The notes beneath the pieces are model-generated. The model was not told where the DNA came from, ran no database searches, and saw nothing but the letters and a program-made list of their open reading frames with translations. Source: a virus. From it: DNA of 64,000 nucleotides. A program made the translations under genes and the position numbers. The stretch spans positions 1 to 64,000 of IMG/VR virus record IMGVR_UViG_3300032116_000122; one strand, 5' to 3'. Positions 55,928 to 64,000 of the stretch are shown here, in pieces; position 1 is the stretch's first letter; each line of letters opens with the position of its first letter.

Positions 55928-56617
55928 ATGTCAAGATACGACGACGACGATACCGAAGTGATGGAAGAAGAAGCTCCTGTACGCCGACAGACAAAGGTAG
56001 TAGAGGACGACGACGCGGCACCTGTTAGTGCCGCGAGTGCCATCCGCCGTGGATGGGGAGCAGTAGAGCAGGCAAAGTCCGCAGACTCACCGTACGCCCA
56101 ACGCCTTCGTGTTAGCGAAGAACCAATCATCATCAAGTTCCTTGAAGATGAGCCTTACGCTACCTACAGACAGCACTGGGTTGAGCGCTCAGGACAGAAG
56201 TCATTCACCTGCATTGCCGACCTCGACCCCAAGGGTTGCCCACTGTGCGATGCCGGTAGCCGTCCGTCAACACGGTTTGCGTTCAACGTTGTCTTGCTGT
56301 CTCCTGATTCAGAGCCAGTCCTGAAGTCCTACGAGGTTGGTCCTAGAGTCATTGACCAACTCAAGAACTTCCACGTTGACCCACGGCAAGGACCTTTGTC
56401 TAAGCACTTCTGGGCCGTAAGCCGTTCGGGTAAGGGTGCTACCTCCGCAACCAACCACCAGCTGGTCAAGGAGCGAGACCTAGAAGAGTGGAACATCGAT
56501 ACCCTGACTGAAGCAGACTTCAAGGTCATGAACAAGTCTGTGTACACCGCCGATATCATTCAGATCCCGTCCCGCAAGGACCTCATCCAGATTGCATTGG
56601 AAGATTTGTCTGACTGA
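55928..56617 (+). CDS. Single-stranded DNA-binding protein (gp32-like)
   Basis: IIKFL, QHW, C..CPLC, FNVV; strong codon bias; between helicases and polymerase. Confidence 0.75.
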   Translation: MSRYDDDDTEVMEEEAPVRRQTKVVEDDDAAPVSAASAIRRGWGAVEQAKSADSPYAQRLRVSEEPIIIKFLEDEPYATYRQHWVERSGQKSFTCIADLDPKGCPLCDAGSRPSTRFAFNVVLLSPDSEPVLKSYEVGPRVIDQLKNFHVDPRQGPLSKHFWAVSRSGKGATSATNHQLVKERDLEEWNIDTLTEADFKVMNKSVYTADIIQIPSRKDLIQIALEDLSD

Positions 56618-56618
56618 T

Positions 56619-58706
56619 ATGTCACAACTCAACAACCACGTGGGGGGCCTCATGGCCCCCCACGTAGTATCTTCAATTGAAGAGCTTCACAAAATTGTCC
56701 AACACATCCAGAGTGTTGGCGCTTTTGCTTTTGACGTAGAAACACGCGGCAACGTAGAACGTCACAGTGATGTTCTTGCGTGGATTGAACAAGAGTGGAA
56801 GCAGCACGAAAGCACTCTGAAAACAACATCTGAGGATGTGTTGGCTAGATCTAAAGAGGCCATCATCACTAGGTGGCAAAACACTTTGGCCCTAGATCCA
56901 ATGAGAAACGAAGTCTTTTGGATTGGCTTAGCAACAGAGGGTAAGTCCTGGGCCGTACCCATGGGCCACCCAAATGGTGAGATACTCGTACCAGAAGAAC
57001 GGGGTGACGGTACAACCACACCACCTCTTGGTTACCGCAAAGTCTTAGCAAATGGCAAAGAGTCCATGGCAAAGGCTAGGTACTACATACCGGCTGAGTA
57101 CTCAGCAGCTCCTGAGCAACTTTCACGTACTGACGTGTTCAAAGTTTTGGAACCAATCTTCTTTAGTGATGTTGTCAAGGTTGGCCACAACGTCAAGTTT
57201 GACGCCAGATCGATCCGCAAGTATTACAACGACCGCTTACCCGATGGGCCGTTCATCGACACGATGATTATCCAGCACATTCTCAATGAGAATCTTTCTG
57301 AGTACAGCCTTGACAAACTGATTGCCCACAATTTTGGGGGCTTTAACCCCTATCACATGGACGGCAAGATTGGTGCAATAATCACTCAGGTGCCATTCTC
57401 CAAAGCAGTTAGGTACGTGCACCTAGACGTAAAGTGGACATGGCATCTATACAAAGTCCTGTGGCAAAAGATCCAAAATAAAGAGCAGTTGCTTTCCTGC
57501 CTTCGGCAAGACATGGAGGTTATCCGTGTGTTGATGGACATGGAAGACAACGGGATACCCGTAGACCATCGCTCCATGACTAGGCTTGGCAAAGAGTTAG
57601 ACACTCATCTAAATGAACTCTTGCTTGGGATGATGGATTACGCACCTCCTGGGTTTAACCCAGACAGCCCTAAGCACAAACAACAACTGTTGTTTAGCAA
57701 GAAAAGCGAGGGTGGTCTTGGGCTAAAGCCCACCAAGTACACCGACAAGGGTTCGGCATCGGTTGATGAAGAAGCTCTTCGCAATCTTGAAAGCAAACAC
57801 CCTGTAGTACCGCTGCTTATAGACTGGGCAGAAACTAAAAAGATCAAGTCAACCTATGTTGATGGGTTACTTACCAAACTACACAAAGGTTCTCTGCACC
57901 CGTCGTTCCACCTGCATAGAACAGCTACTGGAAGACTTTCCTCCAGCAACCCCAATCTGCAAAACATCCCAAGAGACAGTAGCGTCCGTGGTTTATTCGT
58001 AGCTAACCCCGGCCATGTATTGCTAGTCGCTGACTACGACCAGATCGAGCTTCGTGTTATGTGCATGTTCTCCGGAGACAAAAAGATGAGCGAGTTTTTC
58101 TTGAACAACGAGGACATCCACGCGGGTGCTGCCGCTCTTATCCTAGGTAAGGATGTGTCTGAGGTTACCCCAGAAGAACGCCAGCTTGGTAAAGGTGTTA
58201 ACTTTCTCACGGCTTATGGTGGTGGCCCTCAAAAGTTGGCAAGAACCACAGGAGTTGACGTAGAACACGCACGCTCCGTCATCGATCAGTACTACAAGCA
58301 GTTCTCTGGCATCACTAAATGGAAAAAGAGTGTTATTGAAGCAGGTATCAAGAATGGGTACGTTGAGACCATCTCAGGAAGACGGCGTAGACTGCCAGAT
58401 CTGCGCTCGGATGACAGCATGTTAAAGTCCAGAGCAGAGAGACAGGCAGTCAACGCGGTGGTACAGGGTTCTGCTGCTGACATATGTAAGAAAGCCATGA
58501 TTGATGTAAACAATGTACTAACTGGGACAGGATCAAAGATCTTAGTCCAGGTGCATGACGAACTAGTAGCCATGGTCCCAGAGCAGATAGTTGACGAGTT
58601 ACAGCAAAAGTTTGTATTAGCTATGGGAGATGGTAACATTATTAATGGTATTCCGTTAAAAGTTTCATGCCACTCAGCGTATAATTGGTCGGAGGCGAAA
58701 GGGTGA
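56619..58706 (+). CDS. polA: DNA polymerase family A with 3'-5' exonuclease
   Basis: FDVET, GHNVKFD, TGRLSSSNPNLQNIP, ADYDQIELR, KGVNF..AYG, VHDE. Confidence 0.96.
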   Translation: MSQLNNHVGGLMAPHVVSSIEELHKIVQHIQSVGAFAFDVETRGNVERHSDVLAWIEQEWKQHESTLKTTSEDVLARSKEAIITRWQNTLALDPMRNEVFWIGLATEGKSWAVPMGHPNGEILVPEERGDGTTTPPLGYRKVLANGKESMAKARYYIPAEYSAAPEQLSRTDVFKVLEPIFFSDVVKVGHNVKFDARSIRKYYNDRLPDGPFIDTMIIQHILNENLSEYSLDKLIAHNFGGFNPYHMDGKIGAIITQVPFSKAVRYVHLDVKWTWHLYKVLWQKIQNKEQLLSCLRQDMEVIRVLMDMEDNGIPVDHRSMTRLGKELDTHLNELLLGMMDYAPPGFNPDSPKHKQQLLFSKKSEGGLGLKPTKYTDKGSASVDEEALRNLESKHPVVPLLIDWAETKKIKSTYVDGLLTKLHKGSLHPSFHLHRTATGRLSSSNPNLQNIPRDSSVRGLFVANPGHVLLVADYDQIELRVMCMFSGDKKMSEFFLNNEDIHAGAAALILGKDVSEVTPEERQLGKGVNFLTAYGGGPQKLARTTGVDVEHARSVIDQYYKQFSGITKWKKSVIEAGIKNGYVETISGRRRRLPDLRSDDSMLKSRAERQAVNAVVQGSAADICKKAMIDVNNVLTGTGSKILVQVHDELVAMVPEQIVDELQQKFVLAMGDGNIINGIPLKVSCHSAYNWSEAKG
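56638..56665 (+). promoter_or_regulatory. Perfect 12-bp hairpin at the polA 5' end
   Basis: acgtggggggcc-tcat-ggccccccacgt. Confidence 0.6.
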
Positions 58707-59161
58707 TGATGGCGTCAAGTCCAGTCGAAGAGCGTAACTTTTACCTCACCCTTTCTATACTTGAAGGGCAGAAGTTAGCGCATGCTGCAGGGTTCTCTGT
58801 TCCCTCTGCAGAAGTTCAAGAACACGAAATCATGGACATAATGCAAAAATGGTTTACTTTATCTCACGCAGGTATCCTAGACAGCGTAAAAGAATGCGCA
58901 AACTGGATGGTAAACATCCTGCGTGATACTAGCGATCTAGACGAGGACACCATTGTCTCTACAGAGAACATTATTACAGCCTTTGGTATAGCAGCCATAG
59001 CTCACCTAATTGACCAAGAGATGCTGAACATTGTCGAACCTGAGAAGTATGACCCATCATTAGTTGAAACTAATATTGTGTCACTGCTAGGATTCATGTT
59101 ATCATCAGCACTATCAGATGACGATTACGACTTAGAGGAGGATGACGAGGATGAGCAGTGA
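58706..59161 (+). CDS. Hypothetical acidic protein
   Basis: Coupled to polA stop codon. Confidence 0.75.
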   Translation: MMASSPVEERNFYLTLSILEGQKLAHAAGFSVPSAEVQEHEIMDIMQKWFTLSHAGILDSVKECANWMVNILRDTSDLDEDTIVSTENIITAFGIAAIAHLIDQEMLNIVEPEKYDPSLVETNIVSLLGFMLSSALSDDDYDLEEDDEDEQ

Positions 59162-59561
59162 TTGGTGGTCTAAGAAACTTAGTGGTAATCCAACCACTTC
59201 TTCTAGACCCACAACTTCATCTATGCCACCGACTACAATCCCTATACGCCTACCGTCTGGGCTGACTCACTCTAATCCTCAGCCATACAGAGACACTCCA
59301 CTACCTCAACAACCTGTATCAAACGAACCCATTACCATGGGTGAAGCCCTAAGACAACCGCATCTATGGGAAGGTCGAGGAGAAGCTGCTAAGAAGCAGG
59401 GGAATCTAACCTGCCCAGAGTGTGGTAGTGGTAACGTATTTGTGCGTACAGCTAAAGGTGGAAACACAACAATCAACGGTAACAGCCCAGCACCGCGATG
59501 CTTTGAATGCGGTTGGAATGGTATGTACGACCAAGCCTCCCAAGCTTCTTGGGGAGTATAA
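59151..59561 (+). CDS. Pro-rich zinc-ribbon protein
   Basis: CPECGSGN...RCFECGW. Confidence 0.8.
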   Translation: MSSDWWSKKLSGNPTTSSRPTTSSMPPTTIPIRLPSGLTHSNPQPYRDTPLPQQPVSNEPITMGEALRQPHLWEGRGEAAKKQGNLTCPECGSGNVFVRTAKGGNTTINGNSPAPRCFECGWNGMYDQASQASWGV

Positions 59562-59575
59562 CAACAAGGAAAACA

Positions 59576-60595
59576 ATGAAAAGTGAAACTGGCCGTGAGA
59601 GCCTTGAATCCATTATTTCTTCTATTAACAAGAAATATGGAGATCAAGTTATTGTACAAGGAAACCAGGTAAAAGAAGAAGTGCCCCGTATTACAACAGG
59701 AGTACTAGCTTTTGATCTTATGCTTGGCGGCGGGTGGCCTATGAACCAATGGTCTGAGATCATTGGTGATGAGTCATCAGGGAAGACAGCTTTGGCTTAC
59801 AAGACCATTGCTGCTAACCAAGCTGCTGACCCGGAGTGGGTGGCTATGTGGATTGCCGCCGAAGAATTTGTTCCAGACTATGCAAAAGCTATCGGCGTTG
59901 ATCTAGACCGCCTGTGGGTAGTTGAGACTAACGTAATGGAGCAAGTCTACGATCTTATTATTCGCGCAATGGAGAATAGGGCAGTTGACTGCATTGTTCT
60001 AGATTCACTTCCGGCACTAGTCCCCGGTGATGAAGCTGAGAAGATGATGGATGAGTTCTCCATGGGTCTAGGAGCTAGACTGACTGGAAAGTTTTTCCGT
60101 AAGAGCAGCAAGGCGCAAAAGCGGTCGTTGATTAACGAGGATCGCGGGTGCACTGGTTTGATCATCAACCAATGGCGCGAGAAGATTGGCGTGATGTATG
60201 GAGACCCACGCACCACACCAGGTGGTAAAGCCAAGAACTTTCATTACTTTGTAAGACTAGAAGTAAAACGAGATGAGTGGTTGAAGTTTAAAGATGAGCC
60301 AGTAGGTCAGACCATTAAAGCCAGAACTCTAAAGAACAAGACGTACAGACCGCAACAGGTTGCTGTTGTTGACTTCTACTTTGCTGACTGCCAATCATTC
60401 AAACTAGGTGACTTTGATGTGATCAAAGACATTGTTAACATCTGTATTGCAACAGACATAATCACAAGAGCTGGAGCGTACTACAACTACAAAGACCAAA
60501 AGTGGCAAGGAAAAGATGCCCTATTGCTTGGAGTTCGCGAGGACTTGGGGCTACAATCTGAACTCAAAGAGAAAGCAAAGGAGTATTTCCTATGA
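59576..60595 (+). CDS. recA: RecA-like recombinase
   Basis: TTG...D..LGGG.P, GDESSGKT, LDS, INQ.REKIGVMYGDP.TTPGG. Confidence 0.95.
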   Translation: MKSETGRESLESIISSINKKYGDQVIVQGNQVKEEVPRITTGVLAFDLMLGGGWPMNQWSEIIGDESSGKTALAYKTIAANQAADPEWVAMWIAAEEFVPDYAKAIGVDLDRLWVVETNVMEQVYDLIIRAMENRAVDCIVLDSLPALVPGDEAEKMMDEFSMGLGARLTGKFFRKSSKAQKRSLINEDRGCTGLIINQWREKIGVMYGDPRTTPGGKAKNFHYFVRLEVKRDEWLKFKDEPVGQTIKARTLKNKTYRPQQVAVVDFYFADCQSFKLGDFDVIKDIVNICIATDIITRAGAYYNYKDQKWQGKDALLLGVREDLGLQSELKEKAKEYFL

Positions 60596-60945
60596 TATTC
60601 GGTAGAGAAGACAGAGCAGATCAGCAACGTGAGATTATGAGAGCTTCCAAGAAGCAGGAGAAGCGTTCTGCCAAGATGTACAAAGGCAGTAGGAACGCAG
60701 GATCTGGGTCTGGTTGGCTTAGAAAGAACGACGTGCGCACTCACGAGCTTCTTATTGAGAACAAGCTCACAAACAATCTAAAGTCCTACTCAATTAAGGC
60801 TAGTGAGTTGGCTGATCTTACTCAGCGCGGTGTCCTTGAAGACCGTCTTCCAGTGCTTCAGTTTGACCTTGGGGGCAGACACTACGTAATTCTTAACGAG
60901 GCTGACTTCCAAATGTTGGTAGGAGTAGACGGGGATCGTCTGTGA
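60592..60945 (+). CDS. PD-(D/E)XK nuclease, Holliday-junction resolvase-like
   Basis: QEKR.A, GSGSG...K.DV.....IENK. Confidence 0.75.
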   Translation: MIFGREDRADQQREIMRASKKQEKRSAKMYKGSRNAGSGSGWLRKNDVRTHELLIENKLTNNLKSYSIKASELADLTQRGVLEDRLPVLQFDLGGRHYVILNEADFQMLVGVDGDRL

Positions 60946-61811
60946 CAGAGACACCTTGGTACGCCAAGACTTACAAAGAATCAATAAAGTCAAAAGGTCG
61001 TATACTACCAGTAATACAAGAGCGGCTTGTGGTAAACAACCGTGAGAGAAACCAACACAGAGACACTGACCACTTGCATCCCTCTGAGCTTTCAAAGAAA
61101 GACTGGTGTGCTAGAGCCGCATGGTATAAAATTAACAAGTATCCTGCCTCAGATGAGTCATATAATATGACTAGATTAAATGTGTTTGAGGAGGGCCATG
61201 CGATTCATGCAAAGTGGCAGAAGTGGATGCACCAAGCTGGCATCCTTGGTGGCAAATGGGAATGTGCGTCGTGCTCTGAAGTATGGTACGGGGTTTCTCC
61301 TAGCTCTTGCCACCAGTGCAATTCTAGTAATGTCCTTTATCGCGAGGTACCTGTACGTGACGATGGGTTTCGCATACTCGGTCACGCGGATGGAGAATTG
61401 GTTGATGGGGAAGGCAAAGCCCTTATTGAAATAAAGAGCGTTGGCCTTGGCACCGTGCGGTGGGATCACCCAAACTTGTACAAAGCATACTCAAGTGGTG
61501 AACTAACCCTAGACGGCCTTTGGAAAAACATAAAAAAGCCATTTGCGTCCCACGTCCGTCAGGGCCACATCTACATGCACTGCACAGGCCACGACAAAAT
61601 AGTGTTCATCTATGAGTGGAAGCCCACCCAAGAGGTAAAGGAATTTACTGTTACCTTTCAAGAAGAAATAATGCAGCCAATTCTTAACAACTGCAGCAAA
61701 GTTATTGCACACTTAGAGGACAACACAGAACCAGAGCGCCCAGTTTGGGCATCTGATAGTAAGGCTAACGGTTGTAAATACTGCCCCTACAAGAAAGTTT
61801 GTTGGAATTGA
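60942..61811 (+). CDS. Cas4-like PD-(D/E)XK exonuclease
   Basis: HPSE...WC.R, G..IH, GHADG, IEIKS, Q..IY, C-terminal CKYCPYKKVC. Confidence 0.88.
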   Translation: MTETPWYAKTYKESIKSKGRILPVIQERLVVNNRERNQHRDTDHLHPSELSKKDWCARAAWYKINKYPASDESYNMTRLNVFEEGHAIHAKWQKWMHQAGILGGKWECASCSEVWYGVSPSSCHQCNSSNVLYREVPVRDDGFRILGHADGELVDGEGKALIEIKSVGLGTVRWDHPNLYKAYSSGELTLDGLWKNIKKPFASHVRQGHIYMHCTGHDKIVFIYEWKPTQEVKEFTVTFQEEIMQPILNNCSKVIAHLEDNTEPERPVWASDSKANGCKYCPYKKVCWN

Positions 61812-62302
61812 GAGTAATACCAAAAGATGATGGAGACCCTGCTCTCTCCAAATTTAAGAGTAAGTTCTCCCTGCCTACTAGGCCGTCAGACAACCCACCA
61901 GAACTACCAGACCACCTAGACGACCTAGACGACAGTGACCTAATGGATTTGTATACAGAGTTCATGTCTTGGGTATCTTACACAAAGGGCCAGTTAGTGC
62001 AAGCTGAAATTGATGAAGATAGGGATGGCAACCTATGTAGAATCACAGAAGCAAAAGTATTGATTGAGCAGTGGGGGTCTGATGTTAAGGGTGACCGGGT
62101 AACCATTGCTAAGGCACGTCGAGACACCGACCATAGGGTTGTTGCTCAGCAAGAGAAGTATCAAGTTTCTAGAGCTTATCGTAAACTCGTTGAAGCTGTA
62201 TTTGAATCCTGTGAACGCGGGGCCCAGTTGCTTTCGCGAGAGCTAAGTCGTAGAATTGGTTTAAGTAGTAAAGACAGCAGAACATCAAGATTCGGAGCAT
62301 GA
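61808..62302 (+). CDS. Helical hypothetical protein (possible recombination mediator)
   Basis: Coiled coil ending LSRELSRR; follows recA and exonuclease. Confidence 0.65.
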   Translation: MRVIPKDDGDPALSKFKSKFSLPTRPSDNPPELPDHLDDLDDSDLMDLYTEFMSWVSYTKGQLVQAEIDEDRDGNLCRITEAKVLIEQWGSDVKGDRVTIAKARRDTDHRVVAQQEKYQVSRAYRKLVEAVFESCERGAQLLSRELSRRIGLSSKDSRTSRFGA

Positions 62303-62303
62303 T

Positions 62304-62471
62304 ATGTCAGATCCCTACGGATACGCCGCAGCAAAAGAAGCAAACGCCCGACTTAAGCGGCAGCAAGATACCTACCGGTATACAACCGAGCCACTTAACA
62401 GACTCAATGATACCCTGCAGGATATCCTAAATGAACTTCGTAAGATCAACGACAAGCTACACAATGACTGA
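62304..62471 (+). CDS. Small coiled-coil protein (55 aa, not in ORF track)
   Basis: GGAG RBS; MSDPYGYAAAKE... Confidence 0.6.
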   Translation: MSDPYGYAAAKEANARLKRQQDTYRYTTEPLNRLNDTLQDILNELRKINDKLHND

Positions 62472-62676
62472 CGACATTGTTACCCGGCTAGAAAACTGGG
62501 ATGATCAGCAGCCACCATTCTCAGTAATGCAGGAAGCCGCAGATGAGCTTAAACGGCTGCGAGCCGCACTTGAAGACTGTGAGAGAGATTTCCACGCACT
62601 CAAGGTGATGTTTGATAAAATGAGAATTGGCCGGAACTACTGGCGCAAGTATGCAGAGCAGAACTATGGCAAATAG
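62464..62676 (+). CDS. Small hypothetical protein
   Basis: MTDDIVTRL...EAADELKRLR. Confidence 0.7.
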   Translation: MTDDIVTRLENWDDQQPPFSVMQEAADELKRLRAALEDCERDFHALKVMFDKMRIGRNYWRKYAEQNYGK

Positions 62677-63031
62677 AGCTAAACAAAAAGGCACATCGTT
62701 TGAAACGTCTATTAAACGTTATCTAAACGCTAATGGTTTTCTAAAAGCCGCCCGTACTGTCCTCAAAGGTAGTGAAGACACAGGAGATATCAACGGAATC
62801 AGAAACAATCTTGCCGAAAGAGAGCTTGCTATACAGTGTAAAAACCAACGTAAGCTAAACCTAAGTGGTTGGTTAGACGCAACTGTTGAGCAAGCATCCA
62901 AACTGGGCAAGTCGATGCCAGCTTTAGTTGTTAAGCGGGCTGGTAAAGGTGAAAAAGCATTAGGTGATACCTACGTTGTGATGCGGTTAGATGACTTTGT
63001 TACTCTGCTGAAAGAGGGCGGTTACTCGTAA
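62666..63031 (+). CDS. Holliday junction resolvase (Hjc-type)
   Basis: KQKGTSFE, D.GDI, IQCKN, LVVKR, YVVMRL. Confidence 0.85.
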   Translation: MANRAKQKGTSFETSIKRYLNANGFLKAARTVLKGSEDTGDINGIRNNLAERELAIQCKNQRKLNLSGWLDATVEQASKLGKSMPALVVKRAGKGEKALGDTYVVMRLDDFVTLLKEGGYS

Positions 63032-63075
63032 AATTATAGGGTTGATAACAACCTTTTAAACATACGGAGTAAACT

Positions 63076-63357
63076 ATGTCCCAAGAACCAGTAGATGATA
63101 TTGTAAAAGTATCAGGTGGAAGCAATCCACAAAGCGTAGGGTCGATTGTAGCCAGGTCAGTAATCGCTGGACAGTCCCCTAAAATGCGAGCAATAGGCGC
63201 CAGTGCTGTTAACCAAGCAGTTAAGGCATGCGCTATTGCCAGAGGCTTCGTAGCACCAAGAGGGGTCGACCTATGCTTTATCATAGGGTTTGACGACATT
63301 CCAGGAGACAACGGAGAAACGATTTCCGCTATCTCTTTTAAGCCTGTTACACGTTAA
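63076..63357 (+). CDS. spoVS: SpoVS family protein
   Basis: KVS..SNP.SV, RAIGA.AVNQAVKA.AIARGFVAP.G.DL, ISAI.F. Confidence 0.92.
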   Translation: MSQEPVDDIVKVSGGSNPQSVGSIVARSVIAGQSPKMRAIGASAVNQAVKACAIARGFVAPRGVDLCFIIGFDDIPGDNGETISAISFKPVTR

Positions 63358-63417
63358 CCATAACCCAAATAACTGGTATTATATTAAGTAACGCGTGCTT
63401 TTCTCATGGAGTAACCA

Positions 63418-64000
63418 ATGGCCAAAGACCCAAACGAAGACACATCCAACCTCAGTGGGTTATCAGCTGAAGATGCCGCTCAGCTTAAAAAGCTAATCGA
63501 CGCTTCAGGTGGTTTTTACGCTGCTAAAGATGGCAAAGTTGTAGACGTTTCCAACACACCAGAGTTCAAAGCACTGTTTAAGTCGTCTAGCGCAGATGTA
63601 CGTGCTAAATTAAGTGGTTTAAAGAAAGCAGCAAAATCAAAAGTATCTAAAGAGGTAAAAGCTGATAAAGAAGACCCAGAAAGAAAGCGTAGACTTGGAT
63701 CTTCAAAAACAGAAACCACTAGAAACGTAGCAGCTTCACAAGTTAAAAAACTTGGTACTGCTCAAGAACGTGCTGATGTAATCTCTGCACGACAAGCTCG
63801 TGTTGAAAAATTCCCAACCACTGAAAAGATTGCCGACGTTAAAGAAGCTCTGTCGCTTAAACAGCGTGGGCAAGCTAAGGTAACTGACCCAGACACTGGG
63901 GTTACCACGGTAGTTCCAGACCCAAAGGGAGTCCCCCAACTTGAAGGTACTGGTGCAATACCACGTATTCAAGGAGGAACATCACAGCTAGGTACTCCCC
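63418..64000 (+). CDS. Hypothetical protein, truncated by window end
   Basis: GGAG RBS; open frame MAKDPNEDTS... to the end of the window. Confidence 0.75.
   Translation, partial: MAKDPNEDTSNLSGLSAEDAAQLKKLIDASGGFYAAKDGKVVDVSNTPEFKALFKSSSADVRAKLSGLKKAAKSKVSKEVKADKEDPERKRRLGSSKTETTRNVAASQVKKLGTAQERADVISARQARVEKFPTTEKIADVKEALSLKQRGQAKVTDPDTGVTTVVPDPKGVPQLEGTGAIPRIQGGTSQLGTP

Noticed and set aside
20431-60595. Introns or inteins in terL, dnaB, polA or recA
   Set aside because: Frames are continuous, lengths are ordinary, and no splice-junction or homing endonuclease motifs were seen
60942-61811. CRISPR-Cas system based on the Cas4-like gene
   Set aside because: Stand-alone phage exonuclease in a recombination module; no cas1, cas2 or array
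1-64000. Stop-codon reassignment
   Set aside because: Core genes are intact in the standard code, all three stops terminate genes, and no suppressor tRNA was seen

Overview
The window is a 64-kb segment of a tailed dsDNA phage with a contractile (myovirus-type) tail; no host genes and no integrase are evident. The host is probably an actinobacterium, possibly Acidimicrobiia (inference from leaderless genes, a Thr/Pro-rich surface protein and SpoVS). Layout: (1) 1-2350, a leftward region with a dense non-coding RNA cluster (a large ornate RNA running off the window edge, tRNA-CAU, tandem pseudoknots), four tandem TGTGA-N6-TCACA boxes and GC-rich orphan genes. (2) 2455-9354, orphan genes, a glycosylation island (two GT2-like enzymes, a methyltransferase, a GT17), a structurally unusual tRNA-Ile(UAU), and a mucin-like protein/lipoprotein/membrane cassette. 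(3) 9430-18936, fibre and adhesin genes including a 12 x 72-bp DUF285/BspA-like repeat protein, plus holin and M15 endolysin. (4) 20431-46200, terminase, portal, scaffold, capsid, neck, sheath, tube, a chaperone with a probable +1 frameshift, tape measure and baseplate. (5) 47347-48618, an antisense operon of Dps plus four very basic small proteins. (6) 48707-64000, replication and recombination genes (initiator with internal iterons, DnaC-like loader, DnaB, primase, SNF2 helicase, SSB, PolA, RecA, Cas4-like nuclease, resolvases) and SpoVS. The RNA layer is the most novel-looking part. All family assignments come from motif recognition by eye; no searches were run.
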